From an uncultured Planctomycetota bacterium (GTDB lineage: Bacteria; Planctomycetota; Planctomycetia; Isosphaerales; Isosphaeraceae), in the NCBI GenBank assembly GCA_963845755.1, contig CAWJTV010000005.1, positions 672,001-736,000 of the forward strand: a DNA stretch of 64,000 nucleotides, read 5' to 3'. The notes beneath the pieces were generated by a model. The model was not told the DNA's origin. It searched no databases and worked only from the letters and a program-made list of their open reading frames with translations. The first letter of the stretch is position 1; every line of letters begins with the position of its first letter. Position numbers and translations under genes: made by a program. Positions 44,365 through 58,062 of the stretch are shown piece by piece.

Positions 44365-44870
44365 TTCGTCTTCGATTCCCAAGGACCCATCGGTTGTCAC
44401 CCACATCCATGACTCCCTCTCGGCAGAATTCCGAACGTGGAGGATCTCCCAGGTGGTGGCTGGACTCGCTGCCGGCTTCATGCGGCGTGAGAAAACCCGA
44501 TTGAAGGAGTTCGTCGCAAGAGAACCGCGTTTCCCTCAATGGCGGTCTCGTTGGGCACAGGGGATCCTCGTGCACAAGCAGGAGCACAGGCACGAGATCA
44601 GTTTGAATTTTGAATCTATCATCTTGAACTAATGTTTTCATAGCCTCTCGCGCAAGCGGAGCCCCAGGACTGCCGGCGCATCGAGGCCGCGCGGGATTCC
44701 ACCCGGTTTTCATGCGACAGACTCAATTCCGTTGCTCTTTTCAGTCGGGCGCGAGACAATTCGGTTATTCAACGGTTCGAGCGACGGAGCGCCGAAGCAT
44801 TGCGACATCCGGTCGTCGTTCGGGCCTGATCAGCAAGACTGCTTCCGACGGGGCCTCTGGTCATTCGCCG

Positions 44871-47355
44871 ATGAACATGAGAGATGAGGAGCCGGAAAGT
44901 GCGTTGCCGCCTCCCAGACCCTCGGATGAGATGGATGGAGAGCTGGACGATGCGCTGACGCCTCCCGTACCCTCGACGTTCGATTTTCCGCCAGGAGGTC
45001 TGAAACGGGAACCGGTCCCGGCCGCCGAACCCGATTTGTTCGCCATGTTCGCCCCGCCGCGCAGTCCAGTCGAACGGGGCCGGTTCGCAGGCTATCGGAT
45101 TCTCGGTTTCCTGGGTGGCGGTGGGATGGGACTGGTCTTCGAGGCAGAGGACCCGATCCTCAGTCGCCGGGTGGCCTTGAAAGTCCTGCGGCCGGAGATG
45201 GCCGGCCCGGTGATCCGGGTACGCTTCCTGCGCGAGGCGCAGATGGCCGCGTCGCTCAAGGACGATCACGTGGTCACGATCTACCAGGTCGGAGAGAGTG
45301 CCGGCCGACCATACCTGGTGATGGAGTTGCTGCATGGCGAAAGCCTGGAGCAGCGCCTGAAGCGCGAGCGCTGGCTGCCGGTGCCGGTGGCACTGGAGTT
45401 TGCGCGGCAGATCGCCCAGGGGCTGAAGGCGGCCCATACCGTCGGCCTGGTGCATCGGGACATCAAACCCGCCAACATCTGGCTCGAAACTCGGGCCGAC
45501 GGCCAGGGACCGATACGGGTCAAGATCCTCGATTTCGGCCTGGCCAAGCCGATCCGCGACGACGCGGGGCTGACTCAGGATGGGGTCTCGGTCGGCACGC
45601 CCGCCTACATGGCGCCGAGCAACTGGAGGCCCTCCCCGTGGATGCCCGGGCGGACCTCTATGCACTCGGGGTCGTACTGTACCGCATGATCTCGGGCGTC
45701 CCGCCGTTCGAGGCTCCCAGTGTCCCGAGGTTGATGGCCGCGATCCTCGAGGAGGAACCGCGGCCGTTGTCGTCGATCCGCTTCCAGGTGCCCAGGCCGG
45801 TTGAGGACCTCCTCGACACCCTCCTCGCAAAGAAGCCCGACCGACGTCCTCCCGACGCACAGTCTGTGCTGGACCGACTCCGCGCGCTCGAGAACCAGAT
45901 GTCCCTCGGCGCCCCGGGTGAGTCGACACCCGTACCAGGCGAGCCGTCTGCTCACGGACGCCGGCGTATCAGCCTGGGCGTCTGGGCCGGCGTCTGCGCG
46001 ATCGCCGTATCGGCCGTCATCGGTCTGGCCGCGCTCTGGTCCAACCTCTTCATGGCAACGGAAGCCGCGAGGGACAGGCTAAACGGGCCGCAAGGTCTCG
46101 TCGCGGAGACGCGGAAGGAAAGGGTTGCCGGTGACACTCCCGCTCGGAGTAATCCGCTCCCCATCACCTCGGGCGTTCCGATCAAGGTCGGCCTGCTGCA
46201 CTCCCTCACGGGCCCGCTTTCGGTGATGGAACGGCCGATGGTCGAGGCGGAATCCCTTGCGATCGAGGAGATCAATGAGAACGGCGGCGTGCTCGGCCGC
46301 CCGGTCGAAAAGGTCATCGGAGACGGTCGATCCGACGAATTCGCTTTCGCCGAGAGCGCCCGCAAACTGATCGAGCGCGACGGAGTGAATGTCCTGGTCG
46401 GCTGTCTCAGCTCGGCCTCGCGGAAGCGCGTCAAGGACGTTTGCGAGCAGAAAGGCATCCTGCTGTTCTACCCGATGATCTTCGAAGCGCTCGAGCAATC
46501 GCCGGCGGTCGTGTATGTCGGTGGCGGGCCCAACCAGCAGCTCTTGCCGATGGTCCGGTGGGCCATCGGATTCTTCGATCCCCCGCGACGACGCTTCTTC
46601 CTGCTGGGTAGCGAGTCCCTCTACTCGAGGGCCGGTCAGGAGGCGTTCCGGGGAGAGCTCGAGAAACACGGCCTCGAGCCGGTGGGTGTCCGGTCGCTCC
46701 CGAGCCGCCAGCTCTCCGGCTTCGATGCAATCATCGGCGAAATCCGCAGCAAGCGAGCCGATATCGTGCTCGACACGCTCGATCTGGAGTCGGATCTGAT
46801 GTTCTTCAAGGCCCTGGGCCGTTCTCGCATCACGGCGAAGGAGCTGCCGGTCGTCTCGATCTGCCTGGGCGAGGACCAGCTCCGCACGCTGGACCATCCG
46901 CTCATCGCGGGGCACTATTCGGCTCTGAACTACTTCGAGGCGATCGATACGCCGGAGAACGCCCAGTTCCTGAAACGGCTCCGCGCCAGGCACGCCGTAC
47001 CGTCGGTCAACGCCTCGACCGAGTCATCGTATCTCGCCGTCCATTTCTGGAAGCGTGCCGTCGAGAAAGCCGGAAGCCTGGAGATGGCCAAGGTGCGCGC
47101 CGCCGTGGCCGGCCAGGAACTGAAGGCACCCGAGGGACCGGTTCGGATCGACCCGGCCAGTTTCTACGGGCGCGGATCGCGCGGATCGGCCGGATGAGCG
47201 ACCATGGCACGTTCGAGATCGTCTACGCCTCACACGGCCCGATGCCCACCATCGTGTACCCGCCCCCCTATGATCAAGCGGGCTGGGAGAAGTTCCTGTC
47301 GCGGCTGTCGGAGAGTTGGGGCGGCCGATGGTCCGGTGCGATCGCGCCGGAGTGA
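44871..47355 (+). CDS. Ser/Thr kinase fused via a TM helix to a UrtA/AmiC-type (urea/amide) substrate-binding domain (frameshifts near 45617 and 47168)
   Basis: GGGGMGLV, VALK, HRDIKPANIWL, DFGLA, GTPAYMAP; TM WAGVCAIAVSAVIGLAALW; IKVGLLHSLTG, AIEEINENGGVLGR, SASRKRV, PNQQLLP, APEGPVRIDP; shifted tail ...WEKFLSRLSESWGGRW. Confidence 0.87.
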
Positions 47356-47374
47356 GCCCTATGAGGAGCCGGGA

Positions 47375-48250
47375 TTGATTTCCTACGACCGCACCCGCTG
47401 GTGGCGAACGGCGATCTCGTTCCACGGCACCGTGCTGCCCCATACCCTGGGCCGCGTCGGTTTGTTCACACTGTCCTGCCTGGCCCTCTGCATTCTGAAC
47501 GACCACTTCCTCGTGAATCACGGCCTGGCGCTGCCGGCGCTCGATCAGTTGGGCCACACGGTGCTAGGCGTGACGATGAGCCTGCTGATCGTCCATCGTA
47601 CGACCTCGTCGAACATGCGGTTCTGGGAGGGCCGAACGGCCTGGGGCGCGATCGTCAACGCCTCGCGGAACATCGCAAGACAAGCGGGAACCTACGCCCC
47701 TCCCGCCGACGAGGTCGCCCGTCTCCTGGCCGCCTTCTCCATTGCCTTGCGCGAGCGACTGCGCGATCGAGACCCGACCGAAGCCCTTCGTCCGTGGCTG
47801 TCGGGCCGGTTGCTCGAAGAAGTCGTGACTGCGGCCAGTCCGCCTGCGCGCCTGGCGCGATCGCTCAGCCAGTGGGTGCAGGCTCGTAAGGCACAAGGCC
47901 TTCTCGAACCGATCACGGCAGCCGAGATCGAGCGGCAGATTGGCGCCCTCACCGACGCCCAGGGGGCAGCCGAACGGATTCAGCGCACCCCCCTACCCTT
48001 CATCTACGCCTCGCTCATCAAGCAGTTGCTGGTCCTCTACCTCGCGTCGCTGCCGTTCGTCCTGGTCGCGCGAATGGGCTACGCCGCCCCCCTGGTCGTG
48101 GCCGTGGTCGCCTTGGGAATGCTGGGGATCGAGGACGCGGGCGTGGAGATCGAGAACCCGTTCGGCCTGGCCACCAACTGCCTCCCTCTCGATAGCATCT
48201 GCGCCTCCATCGCCCGCGACTGTGCCGAACTCGCCAGGTCCGAGACCTGA
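47375..48250 (+). CDS. bestrophin-family ion channel (YneE-like)
   Basis: TTG start after GAGGAG; SLLIVHRT, RFWEGRTAWGAIVN, AERIQRTPLPFIY, GVEIENPFG..NCLPLD. Confidence 0.88.
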   Translation: MISYDRTRWWRTAISFHGTVLPHTLGRVGLFTLSCLALCILNDHFLVNHGLALPALDQLGHTVLGVTMSLLIVHRTTSSNMRFWEGRTAWGAIVNASRNIARQAGTYAPPADEVARLLAAFSIALRERLRDRDPTEALRPWLSGRLLEEVVTAASPPARLARSLSQWVQARKAQGLLEPITAAEIERQIGALTDAQGAAERIQRTPLPFIYASLIKQLLVLYLASLPFVLVARMGYAAPLVVAVVALGMLGIEDAGVEIENPFGLATNCLPLDSICASIARDCAELARSET

Positions 48251-49150
48251 GGGCCGCCCGATCGCGGGCCCGACCGGCTCCTGCGGTCCTTCCAGTGGTT
48301 TCTTGACTCGCGACGTTCGGCGCAAGGCAGAAAAACCGGTTCCCCACGCGGTCGAGGTCTCCCCGCTCGCTGACCTCGAGCACGTCGCGGCCGTCGAAAT
48401 CCTCGTTTGGACCATCGAACCCACTCGGAAGAATGTCGCGAACACGACCCTGGCGAGTCGGTCACACCGCGATTCCCTGATTCGCCGCGGAGAACTCGAG
48501 GCGGCGAGCGAATGACGTAGTGATGTCCAGGTCGTCGGAATCGGGGCCGGTCAACGTGTTCGAGCACGCGCTCCGGCGGCGCAACCTTTCGACTCAAATT
48601 TTTTTTGGAGATTTTTATCTCGTTATTGGACAAGGGTTTGCGCCGAAAAAATCGGCCAATTCCGCCGTAGGTGCATTCACCGAATTCCAATCTTGCGGCA
48701 TCCTAAAGATAGGGGGATGATGCGCTCGTGAGCGGTCCGCGTGAATCGAGGTGGTTGATTGGAGTCAACTCCGCTCGTCTCGGTGTTTCCTGAGCAATGA
48801 CCACAAACGACGGGACCAGCGGCCTGCGGGGCAAAAAGCTGCCATCCAGTGACAACAATCGTTACCACTCTCTGGCCCGAAGTTCCGAGACCAACTAGGG
48901 TTACTTCAATCAAGCGGGTATGACCCCGTTTGTGGCTCGATGGCAACCTTTGAGAGCACCTTTGTGAAGTTCCGACACCGAACCTTGAGCTTCAGACTTG
49001 CGTATCAGAGAACGACTCGTCTTATCTATTAAGATACAGAGTCGAATCGCAGGCGGTGTCGTTCTCGGAAACCGAGTACGCTGGCTCGCCTGTCAATCAC
49101 GGATCAATCTATCGGAGAAGGCACGAAGGCAGGAGGATCGATCGGAGAAC

Positions 49151-50140
<990 letters not shown>

Positions 50141-50151
50141 AGCGATGGTCC

Positions 50152-51037
50152 ATGGCGACACGACAACTGGAAGATGTCCTGAAGGAAGTCCGGCGCATTC
50201 AGATCGTCGCTCGGCGGCAGGTGAATGACCTGCTGGCGGGGGAGTATCTGAGTGTGTTCAAAGGTCGCGGCATGGAATTCGACGCCGTTCGCGAGTACGT
50301 CCCCGGCGATGAAATCCGCAGCATCGACTGGAACGTCACCGCCCGGACGGGAGCGCCCTTCGTCAAGACGTTCTGCGAGGAACGCGAGCTCACCGTGATC
50401 CTGGCCGTGGACATCTCGGCGTCCGGCTCGTTCGGATCGTTCCGCCTGAGCAAGATGGAGACGGCCGTGGAAGTGGCGGCCGTATTGATGTTCACGGCGG
50501 CTGCGAAACCACGACAAGGTTGGCCTCCTCTTCTTCACCGACGACGTGGTGAAATACATTCCACCCCGCAAGGGACGGGCGAATGTCTTGCGGCTGATCC
50601 GGGAGCTGCTGGCCACCGAGCCGGTCAAGGCGCCGACCGACATTTCGAAGGCCCTCGACTTCCTCGGGCGCGTTCAGCGCCGGCGTTGCGTCGTGTTTGT
50701 GATGAGCGACTTCCTGGGACCGGATTGCTCACGCGCCCTGGCGATCGCCAACCAACGTCACGATTGCGTCGCCGTGACCATGGAGGACCCGCGCGAATCG
50801 AGCCTACCCGACGTAGGATTCCTGACCCTCCGCGATGCCGAGACGGATGAACTCCTGGAACTTGACACCCGCCATCCGCGGGTGCGTGCCCTGTTTGCGA
50901 AAACGGCTCAGGAACGAGAAAGACGGCTGGAGGGCTGGCTCCGCCGGGCGAACGTCGATCGCCTCGAGATTCGCACGGATCAGCCCTACGCGTTAAGCCT
51001 GCAGAAGTTCTTTCGGATGCGAGAGCGGCAACGATGA
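50152..51037 (+). CDS. DUF58 family vWA-like protein (frameshift near 50500)
   Basis: GEYLSVFKGRGMEFDAVREYVPGDEIRSIDWNVTAR, EERELTV, DISAS; then VFVMSDF. Confidence 0.9.
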
Positions 51038-52106
51038 CCGTCACGGCGCGAACGATGGCCGGCCCCGTCTTCCCCGTTGGCGGTGGAGGAGAGTGGCATT
51101 CGTCTGCGCGATGGGAGGCATCGTCCTGGTGGCTGGTTGCGGCGGCCTGCGAACAAACGAGAGCGAATCCCCGTCGTCTTCGGGGACCTCGATCGAGCGC
51201 AGTGCGGAGAAAGGGCCGGTGAAACTGTCCGTGACCGTCTCGCCGCGCGAACCGCGGTTATCGGATCTCGTGGACATGCAGGTCCGCGTCGCGTTTCCTC
51301 CCGGAGTCGAGATCAAACCACCGGCGTTCGGACAGGCTGTGGGAGACTTCCTCGTTCGCGATTACAGCGAACGACCCGCTGAAACGACGGGTGAGAGGAA
51401 CTTGCGCCGGTTCCACTATCAATTGGAGCCGGCGCACGCCGGTAAGCACTTGATCCGGTCGGTGTCGATCGAATTCATCGACAAACGCCCGAACTCGGAA
51501 CGGCGGGGTGAACCGGCGCTGATCGAGACCGATCCTCTGGAGGTGAATATCACGTCGGAGCTAGGCGAGGAAGCCCCGAATCTAGCAAATCTCGAACCGA
51601 TGCTGCCACCGCAACCGGTGCCCCAGACTGCGGCGATCGGCTGGCTCGCCGCTTTAGGTCTGGGAATCCTGCTCGTCCTCGTGCTCGTGGCCGTCCTGCG
51701 GAGACGGCGGCGCCGACCGATCGAATCCCGACGGAAGAGTCCCGAGGAGATCGCGCAAGCCGCCCTGGCGCAACTGCTGGCGGAGAACCTCCCGGCTCGC
51801 GGTCTGGTCAAGGAGTTCTATTTGCGGCTCACCGGCATCGTCCGACAGTATGTCGAGGATACGACGGGGATCCGTGCCCCCGAGCAGACGACCGAGGAAT
51901 TCCTGCGCGATATGCGATCGCATGCCGAGTTTCCGCCGGAGCGGTCCGTCCGGCTCGCGGAATTCCTGGAGGCCGCCGACCTCGTCAAGTACGCCGGTCA
52001 GCAGCCAGCGGAGGGTCAGATCGAGCAGTCCATCGCACGGGCGCACGAGTTTGTCAACCTGGAGCCTTCGACGGGTGCCATGGTGGCAGGCACCGTTGCG
52101 AAGTGA
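51034..52106 (+). CDS. Bat-operon membrane-anchored protein (DUF4381/BatD-like beta domain); 5' end uncertain
   Basis: ORF 51093..52106 has a lipobox-like LVAGC, a TM helix followed by RRRRRR, and FYLRLTGIVRQYVE..APEQTTEEFL..ADLVKYA. ATG 51034 overlaps the DUF58 stop. Confidence 0.75.
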
Positions 52107-52136
52107 GAAGTGATCGCGAGGAGCAACGTCGTTTCC

Positions 52137-53212
52137 GTGAACGCATTTCGATTCTATTCCCTGTTCTGGCTGAGCCTCGCGCCCCTCGCATTGGGCCGCG
52201 CTCTGGTGGCGCTTCCGACCGCAGACACGACCCGCGGCGATTTTCTCGAGCGTCAGCGACCTCAAGGCCCTTCCCGTCACCCGGGCACAGCGGGTGCGAC
52301 GCAGCTTGCCGTACCTTTACGGATTGGGCGTGTGCCTGGTCATTGCCGGATTGGCTCGACCGCAGGCGGGGAAGGCGGAATCACTGTTAAGTGGCGAGGG
52401 GATCGCCATCGAGATCGTGCTCGACGTGTCCGGCTCGATGGAAGCCATCGACTTTCAGCTCGAAGGGCGGGATGTCAGCCGGCTGGAGGCCGTCAAGCAC
52501 GTCATCAAGGAATTCGTGGTCGGCTCGCGCGAGCGGGCTGTCGGGCCGCCGCGATGATCTCGTTGGACTCGTCGCATTCGGGGGATTCGCCGACAGCAAG
52601 TGTCCCTTGACCCTCGATCACGGCGCCCTGGTCGATATCGTCCAGGGATTGGAAACCCCCAAGCCGATCCGCGATAGTCAGGGGCGGGTGATCAACGCTC
52701 AAGCGTTGCAGGAGGAACTGGCGACGGCGATCGGCGATGGCGTCGCGGTGGCGGTCAACCGACTGCACGGGGCGAAAGCCAGGAGCAAGGTGATCGTCCT
52801 GCTCACCGACGGCGATAGCAATGCCGGGGTCGTCGACCCGCGCGAAGCGGCCCGGATCGCGGAGGAATCGGGGATCCGGCTGTATACGATCGGCATCGGC
52901 AGGAGCGGGGTGGTTCCCATCCCCCAGGAAGACGAATTCGGGAACCGCGTCCTCGTACCGGCTCAATTTCGGATCGACGAGGACTTGCTTCGAGAGATGG
53001 CGCAGACCGGGCGAGGCCAGTATTATCACGCCTCGGATTCCGAGGGACTGGCACAGGTCTACGCCGCGATCGACAAGCTGGAAAAGTCCAATTTCGAGGA
53101 GACCAAGTACTCGGAATACACGGAATGGTTCCGCGGGTTTGCCGGGTCGGGCTTGGCTGTGATTCTTCTCGTTGGTGTCCTGATGGAAACCCGGTTTCGT
53201 TCGTTGCCGTAA
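52137..53212 (+). CDS. batA: BatA vWA-domain protein (frameshifts near 52195 and 52530)
   Basis: LARPQ, MIDAS DVSGSM, SRLEAVK, GLVAF, PLTLD, TAIGDG, VLLTDGDSNAG, YTIGIG, IDEDLL, IDKLE. Confidence 0.85.
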
Positions 53213-53227
53213 GGAGTCCGGTCTCAG

Positions 53228-56138
53228 ATGGAATGGCAGCAACCGGAATGGCTGTACCTGATCTTGCCGCTGGCCGCAACCTGGCTGGCGCTATCACTAT
53301 ACTCCCGTCACAAGCGCCGACGTGCGGCCGAGGCGTTCGTGGCGCAGGCGATGTGGCCGCGGATCCTGCCGGCGGAATCCCCGGCCCGATTCTGGTTCAA
53401 ACTCCTGTTGCGTGAAACGGCCATCGTGACAGGACTCGTCGCCCTCGCCGGTCCGCGGTTCGGGACGCAGTATGAAGACGTCATTCCGCGCGGCAGCGAT
53501 CTCTATGTGCTGATCGACGTCTCGCGGTCGATGCTCGCGCAGGACGTCCCGCCGAGCCGACTCGGGCGCGCCAAGGCCGACGTGGCGGCCCTCGTCAACC
53601 GGCTGGAGGGGGAACGAGTGGGCTTGATCGCCTTCGCGGGGCAGGCGGTGGTGAAGTGTCCCCTCACCGTCGATTACGACGCCTTCCGCCGATCGCTCGA
53701 CGAGCTGGAACCGGGGAGCGCGCCACGCGGCGGCACCGCCATCGGCGACGCGGTTCGAAAGGCCCTCGAGGTTTTTCAGGCCCGATCCAACCGCGACCAG
53801 GCCATCCTGCTGATCACCGACGGCGACGACCAGCAGTCGTATCCCCTTGAGGCGGCAGCGGTCGCCGCCGAGCGCCATGTCACGATCTTCACCGTCGGCC
53901 TCGGGGACGCCGATCATGGCGCAGCGGATTCCGCAAGGGGCAGAGTCCAAGACGTACGTCGAGTACCAGGGACAGCAGGTGTGGAGCAAACTGGACGGCT
54001 CGCTCCTCAAGGAGATCGCGCTCAAGACGTCCGGTGTCTATGTCCCCGTGGGAACCCGCGCCTACGATCTGGGGGAACTGTATGCCAAGTACCTTCAGGG
54101 GCGGCGCGGCAGCGAGGAACAAAGCGGCAAACGGATTCGACCGGCGGACCAGTTCCAGGTCTTCCTCGCAATGGCGCTCCTGGCCCTGCTGGCTGATGCC
54201 TTCTTGCGTCCCTACCGCCGCGCCGGCGCATCTCTGGAGGCAGGGCTCGACTCAAGAGCCGGCGCTCGGGGAAATGCCGGCGCCCGTGTCCGTCCTCCAG
54301 CCCTGCCGGTATCGACAGCTTTGGTTCTTTTCGCGTCGCTGCCTGGAATCGGCCGGGCCGACAATCCGGCGGAAGCGGTTCGCGACGGATTGCGCTGGTA
54401 TGGCCAGGGTGAGTTCGAAAAGGCGCGTGAACGGTTTGCTGCTGCCCGCGAGGAACTCGACAAGGCAGATGCCGACAAGGCCGCGATCGCCGCGTTCGAC
54501 CAGGCCTGCGCCGCACATCGCAAGGGTGACGTGGGGCAAGCCCGCGAATGGTATCTGAAGGCGGGACTTGCACCCGATAAGCAACTGGCGGCCTCGGCTC
54601 ACTTCAATCTCGGTTCACTGTCAGCGGAGGAAGCCAGACGACTGGCGGGTGAGCATCCCGAACTCGTGGCCCCCGACAAGCGACAGGAGATTCTCGATCA
54701 GTTGAAGGCGGCGGTCGCTTCGTTCCGTCATTGCCTCGACTTGCAGCCGGACAATTCCCACGCCCGACGAGACATCGAGCTCGTTCGACAGTGGCTCAAG
54801 TATTACACGGACAGGTGGCTCACACAGGATCGCGAGAAACGACGCAAGGAAACGAACCTGGTCGCATTCCTGGAGTTCCTGATCGAGACTCAGAGAGCCT
54901 TGCGAGAATCGGTCAAAGTCCTTGGCGCGACCGCTCCAGCGGATGCTTACGCCGAGCCGAAACGACTTCAAGATGAGCTCCTCGAGGAGATCACTCCGCT
55001 GAAGGAGAAGATCCAGGCGGAGCTGACTCCCAACCCATCCGGGAGCGGAAGCACTCCACCAGCCAACCCCGGTGAACTTCAACAAGGAATCGCGATGTTA
55101 CAGGGCTGGGCGAGCACCGTCGGTGAGAAGATGGGCTCCGCCTCGCATCACCTTGACGGCCGACAGGCGGGACCGGCGGCCGTGGACCAGCAATCCGCGA
55201 TCGACGAGCTGGAGAAGATCTGGGAGGCCGTGATCCCATTTCATGCCTTGCTCGCTCGTGATCTCGCAGACCAGACGCTTATCGCCCGATCCCTCGCACC
55301 GGATGCTTCCGCCACTCCGAAACCAGGGACTGAGCAGTCTTCCAGCAGCCCGGATCCGAATCGAATGGGTGCCCGATCCGCGTCGCAGGGCCCGTTGTCG
55401 GCGACCAGTCCTTCCGAGTCGCTCGGGACTCAGAGCGAAGACCTGGCACCTGTCACGGACAGCCAGGAACGAACGCTCCGCCGGACCAAACCGCTCAAGA
55501 TCAAGGCCGAGGCCGAGTTGGCTCGAATGGAAGCGCAGCGAACGCCTGCTCCCGTGCCGAAGAAAGATGATCCAACCTCCGGAAAAGACGCGTCCCAGGA
55601 TGGTTCGGCTACTAAGCCCAGGCCCGTCGATCCCAAGCTGATCAAGGCCGGTTATCAAAAGGCGATCGAATTGGCTCCTAAGGCCGTCTCGCAGATGGAA
55701 CAAGCGGTTAGATTGCTCAAACAGAAGAATCCTCAATCGGCCTACGCGCCGGCCGAGGAGGCGCGTAAGATTCTCGAAGAGCTTCAGAAGGCGCAACCCC
55801 GGAACGACCAGCCGGATCAGAAACCCGAGGATCAGAAAAAGAAGAACGAGGACCAGCAGAAAAAGGATAAGAAGGATCAACAAGACAAGGACCAGCAGAA
55901 GAAGGATCAGGAAAAGCAAGAGCCGCAGAAGAAGGATCAAGAACAGAAGAAGCAAGAGGAATCCAAGAAGTCCGACGAACCGAAAACGGAGAAGCCAGAG
56001 TCGCAGCCTAAGGTCTCGCGCGATCGGATCGAAGAGGCCCTGCGCAAGGTCCGCGAACGGCAAGAGGAGAAGCGCGAACGAGACCGCAAGATGAAGGCCC
56101 GCATCCTCGGCAGGGTTCCAGTGGAGAAAGATTGGTGA
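53228..56138 (+). CDS. batB: BatB vWA protein fused to a BatC-like TPR/helical region with a Q/K/D-rich tail (frameshift near 53922)
   Basis: LAGPRFG, DVSRSMLAQDVPPSRL, GLIAFAG, GTAIGDA, LITDGDD; TPR HFNLG; low-complexity DQQKKDQ tract; ends PVEKDW. Confidence 0.82.
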
Positions 56139-58059
56139 TGCGACTGACCAGCCGTACGATCACCGGCCTACCGGCGTGGCGCTCTGCCTCATGGCCGCGA
56201 TCGCTGGCGCTGACGAACCGGAGATCGTGGTCGAGGCGAGTGCCGGCGAGATCTTCATCGGCGAAAGCGTCAACTACGTCGTCGAGATTCGCAACGTGAA
56301 GAGTCCGTCGAGCCCGGACCTATCCGCCCTTCGCCAGGATTTCGACGTCGTCTCCAATGGAGACGAGTCGCATAATCAATCGTCCACGTTCATTATAGGA
56401 GGCAGGGTCACCCAGCAGAACACGTTTGGTCACGCCTATCGGTTCCGTCTGACACCCAAGCGAACGGGCCGATTGGTGATTCCGTCGCCGTCCGCGACGA
56501 TCGAAGACAAGACCGTGGCGGGTCACACATTGACTTTGAACGTCATCGCGCCCGAGCCGCAAGACCTTGTCGTGCCCGAGATGAAGGGCGACCGCGAAAA
56601 GGTCTATCCCACGCAGCCGTTCGAGGTGACTCTCCGCGTGCTTGTCCGCCCCTTGCCGGACGATCCCGCTCGTGACCCCCTGGTCCCACTTCGCCGCCGC
56701 CCTCCACACCTCGATGTCAACTGGGTTGATCTGCCAGGCGGATTATCCGGCGAGGACAAAGGGCGATGGCTCCAGAAGCTGCTGTCTGAAGACGGTAGCG
56801 GGTTCACGATCAACGACGTCACGATGAGAAGCAGTGCGTTCTCCTTGTTCGAAGGTCCTCGGGCGGCGGTCTTCAACCTTTACAAAGGACGCGAAAGTCG
56901 GAAGGGGCTTGATGGTCGGCCGGTCAATTACTTCGTGTACGAGCTCCAGCGCAAGCTCACGGCCGAGAAGTCTGGGACCTACTCACTCGGTCCGGTCGTC
57001 GTGAAAGGGTCTTTCGTGGAAAGGGCGGAGGGGAACGGTTATTCCGGCCGTCGGGTTGTCGCGATCGCTCCGTCAGTAGCCGTAGTCGTGCGCGAAGTCC
57101 CGGTCCCGCGACCCGCGACATTCTGCGGCGGTATCGGGGGTTACCGTCTGGCGGCCTCCGCCAGTCCCAAGTCACTCCGAGTCGGTGATCCGCTGACCTT
57201 GACCCTGGACATCGAACGCGGGACAGGCAGCGGATCGCTGGACCTGATCTCGGCGCCGGATCTCACGGCAAATCCTCGGATCGCCGCTGATTTCGAGATT
57301 CTGGACAAGAGTCCCACGGGACGCAGTGCGGGTGAAGCGAAGCGATTCGAGTATGCCTTGCGACCGAAGCGGGCCGGAGTGGAGATTCCTGCGCTGGCAA
57401 TCACGGTCTTTAATCCCGATACCGAATCGTTTTCGGAACTCGAGACCACTCCAATCGCCCTGGACGTATCGTCCTCAAGTCGTCTGGATGCAGGCGACCT
57501 TGTCGGGTCGCTCGCCGCAACCGGGACCCCGGAGATCAAATCGCGGGCACAGGGAATCTTTCAAAACGTGACGGATCCGTCGGAGCTGAACGATCAGCGA
57601 GTAAACGTCGTCGCGCTGGCCGAATTGACAGCCGGTTTGTGGTGCGGAGTGGGATGCCTGATCGCCGTGCTCACGGCCTATCGCCGCAAGTCGGGAGACG
57701 CGATCTGGCAACGAAGACGTCAGGCACGACGAACGGCCGCACGCAAGTTGGCTGAGGCACGCACAGTCCTCGTTGCGGGTCGGCCGAGGGACGCACTCCG
57801 AGCGATTCGATCGGCCATCGTCGGACTGATCGCCGACATGCGGAACATCGTCGGCGAAGGGCTGACGGCCTCGGAAGCCGACGCGACCCTCGCCCAGACG
57901 GCGGTTCCCGCCGTCGAGCGAGAGGACGTGCGGCAATTGCTGGATGCCATCGAATCGGCGGAGTACGGGTCGGGAATGGTCTCTGAGGTCGAGGCGCTGC
58001 TCGAAGTGGCGGAGGGACTCATCCCTCGCCTTTCGCGCCACCTGGAACGGGGGTCGTGA
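56138..58059 (+). CDS. batD: BatD family protein (5' frameshift or start at 56176)
   Basis: Signal peptide; IFIGESVNYVVEI, FRLTPKRTGRLVIP, FCGGIGGY, LRVGDPLTLTL, FNPDTESF; TM helix followed by basic residues. Confidence 0.82.
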
Positions 58060-58062
58060 GCG

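Noticed and set aside
48677..48946. Short ORFs in the bestrophin-moxR gap and at 62736..63116
   Set aside because: No motifs, atypical codon usage and no clear RBS.
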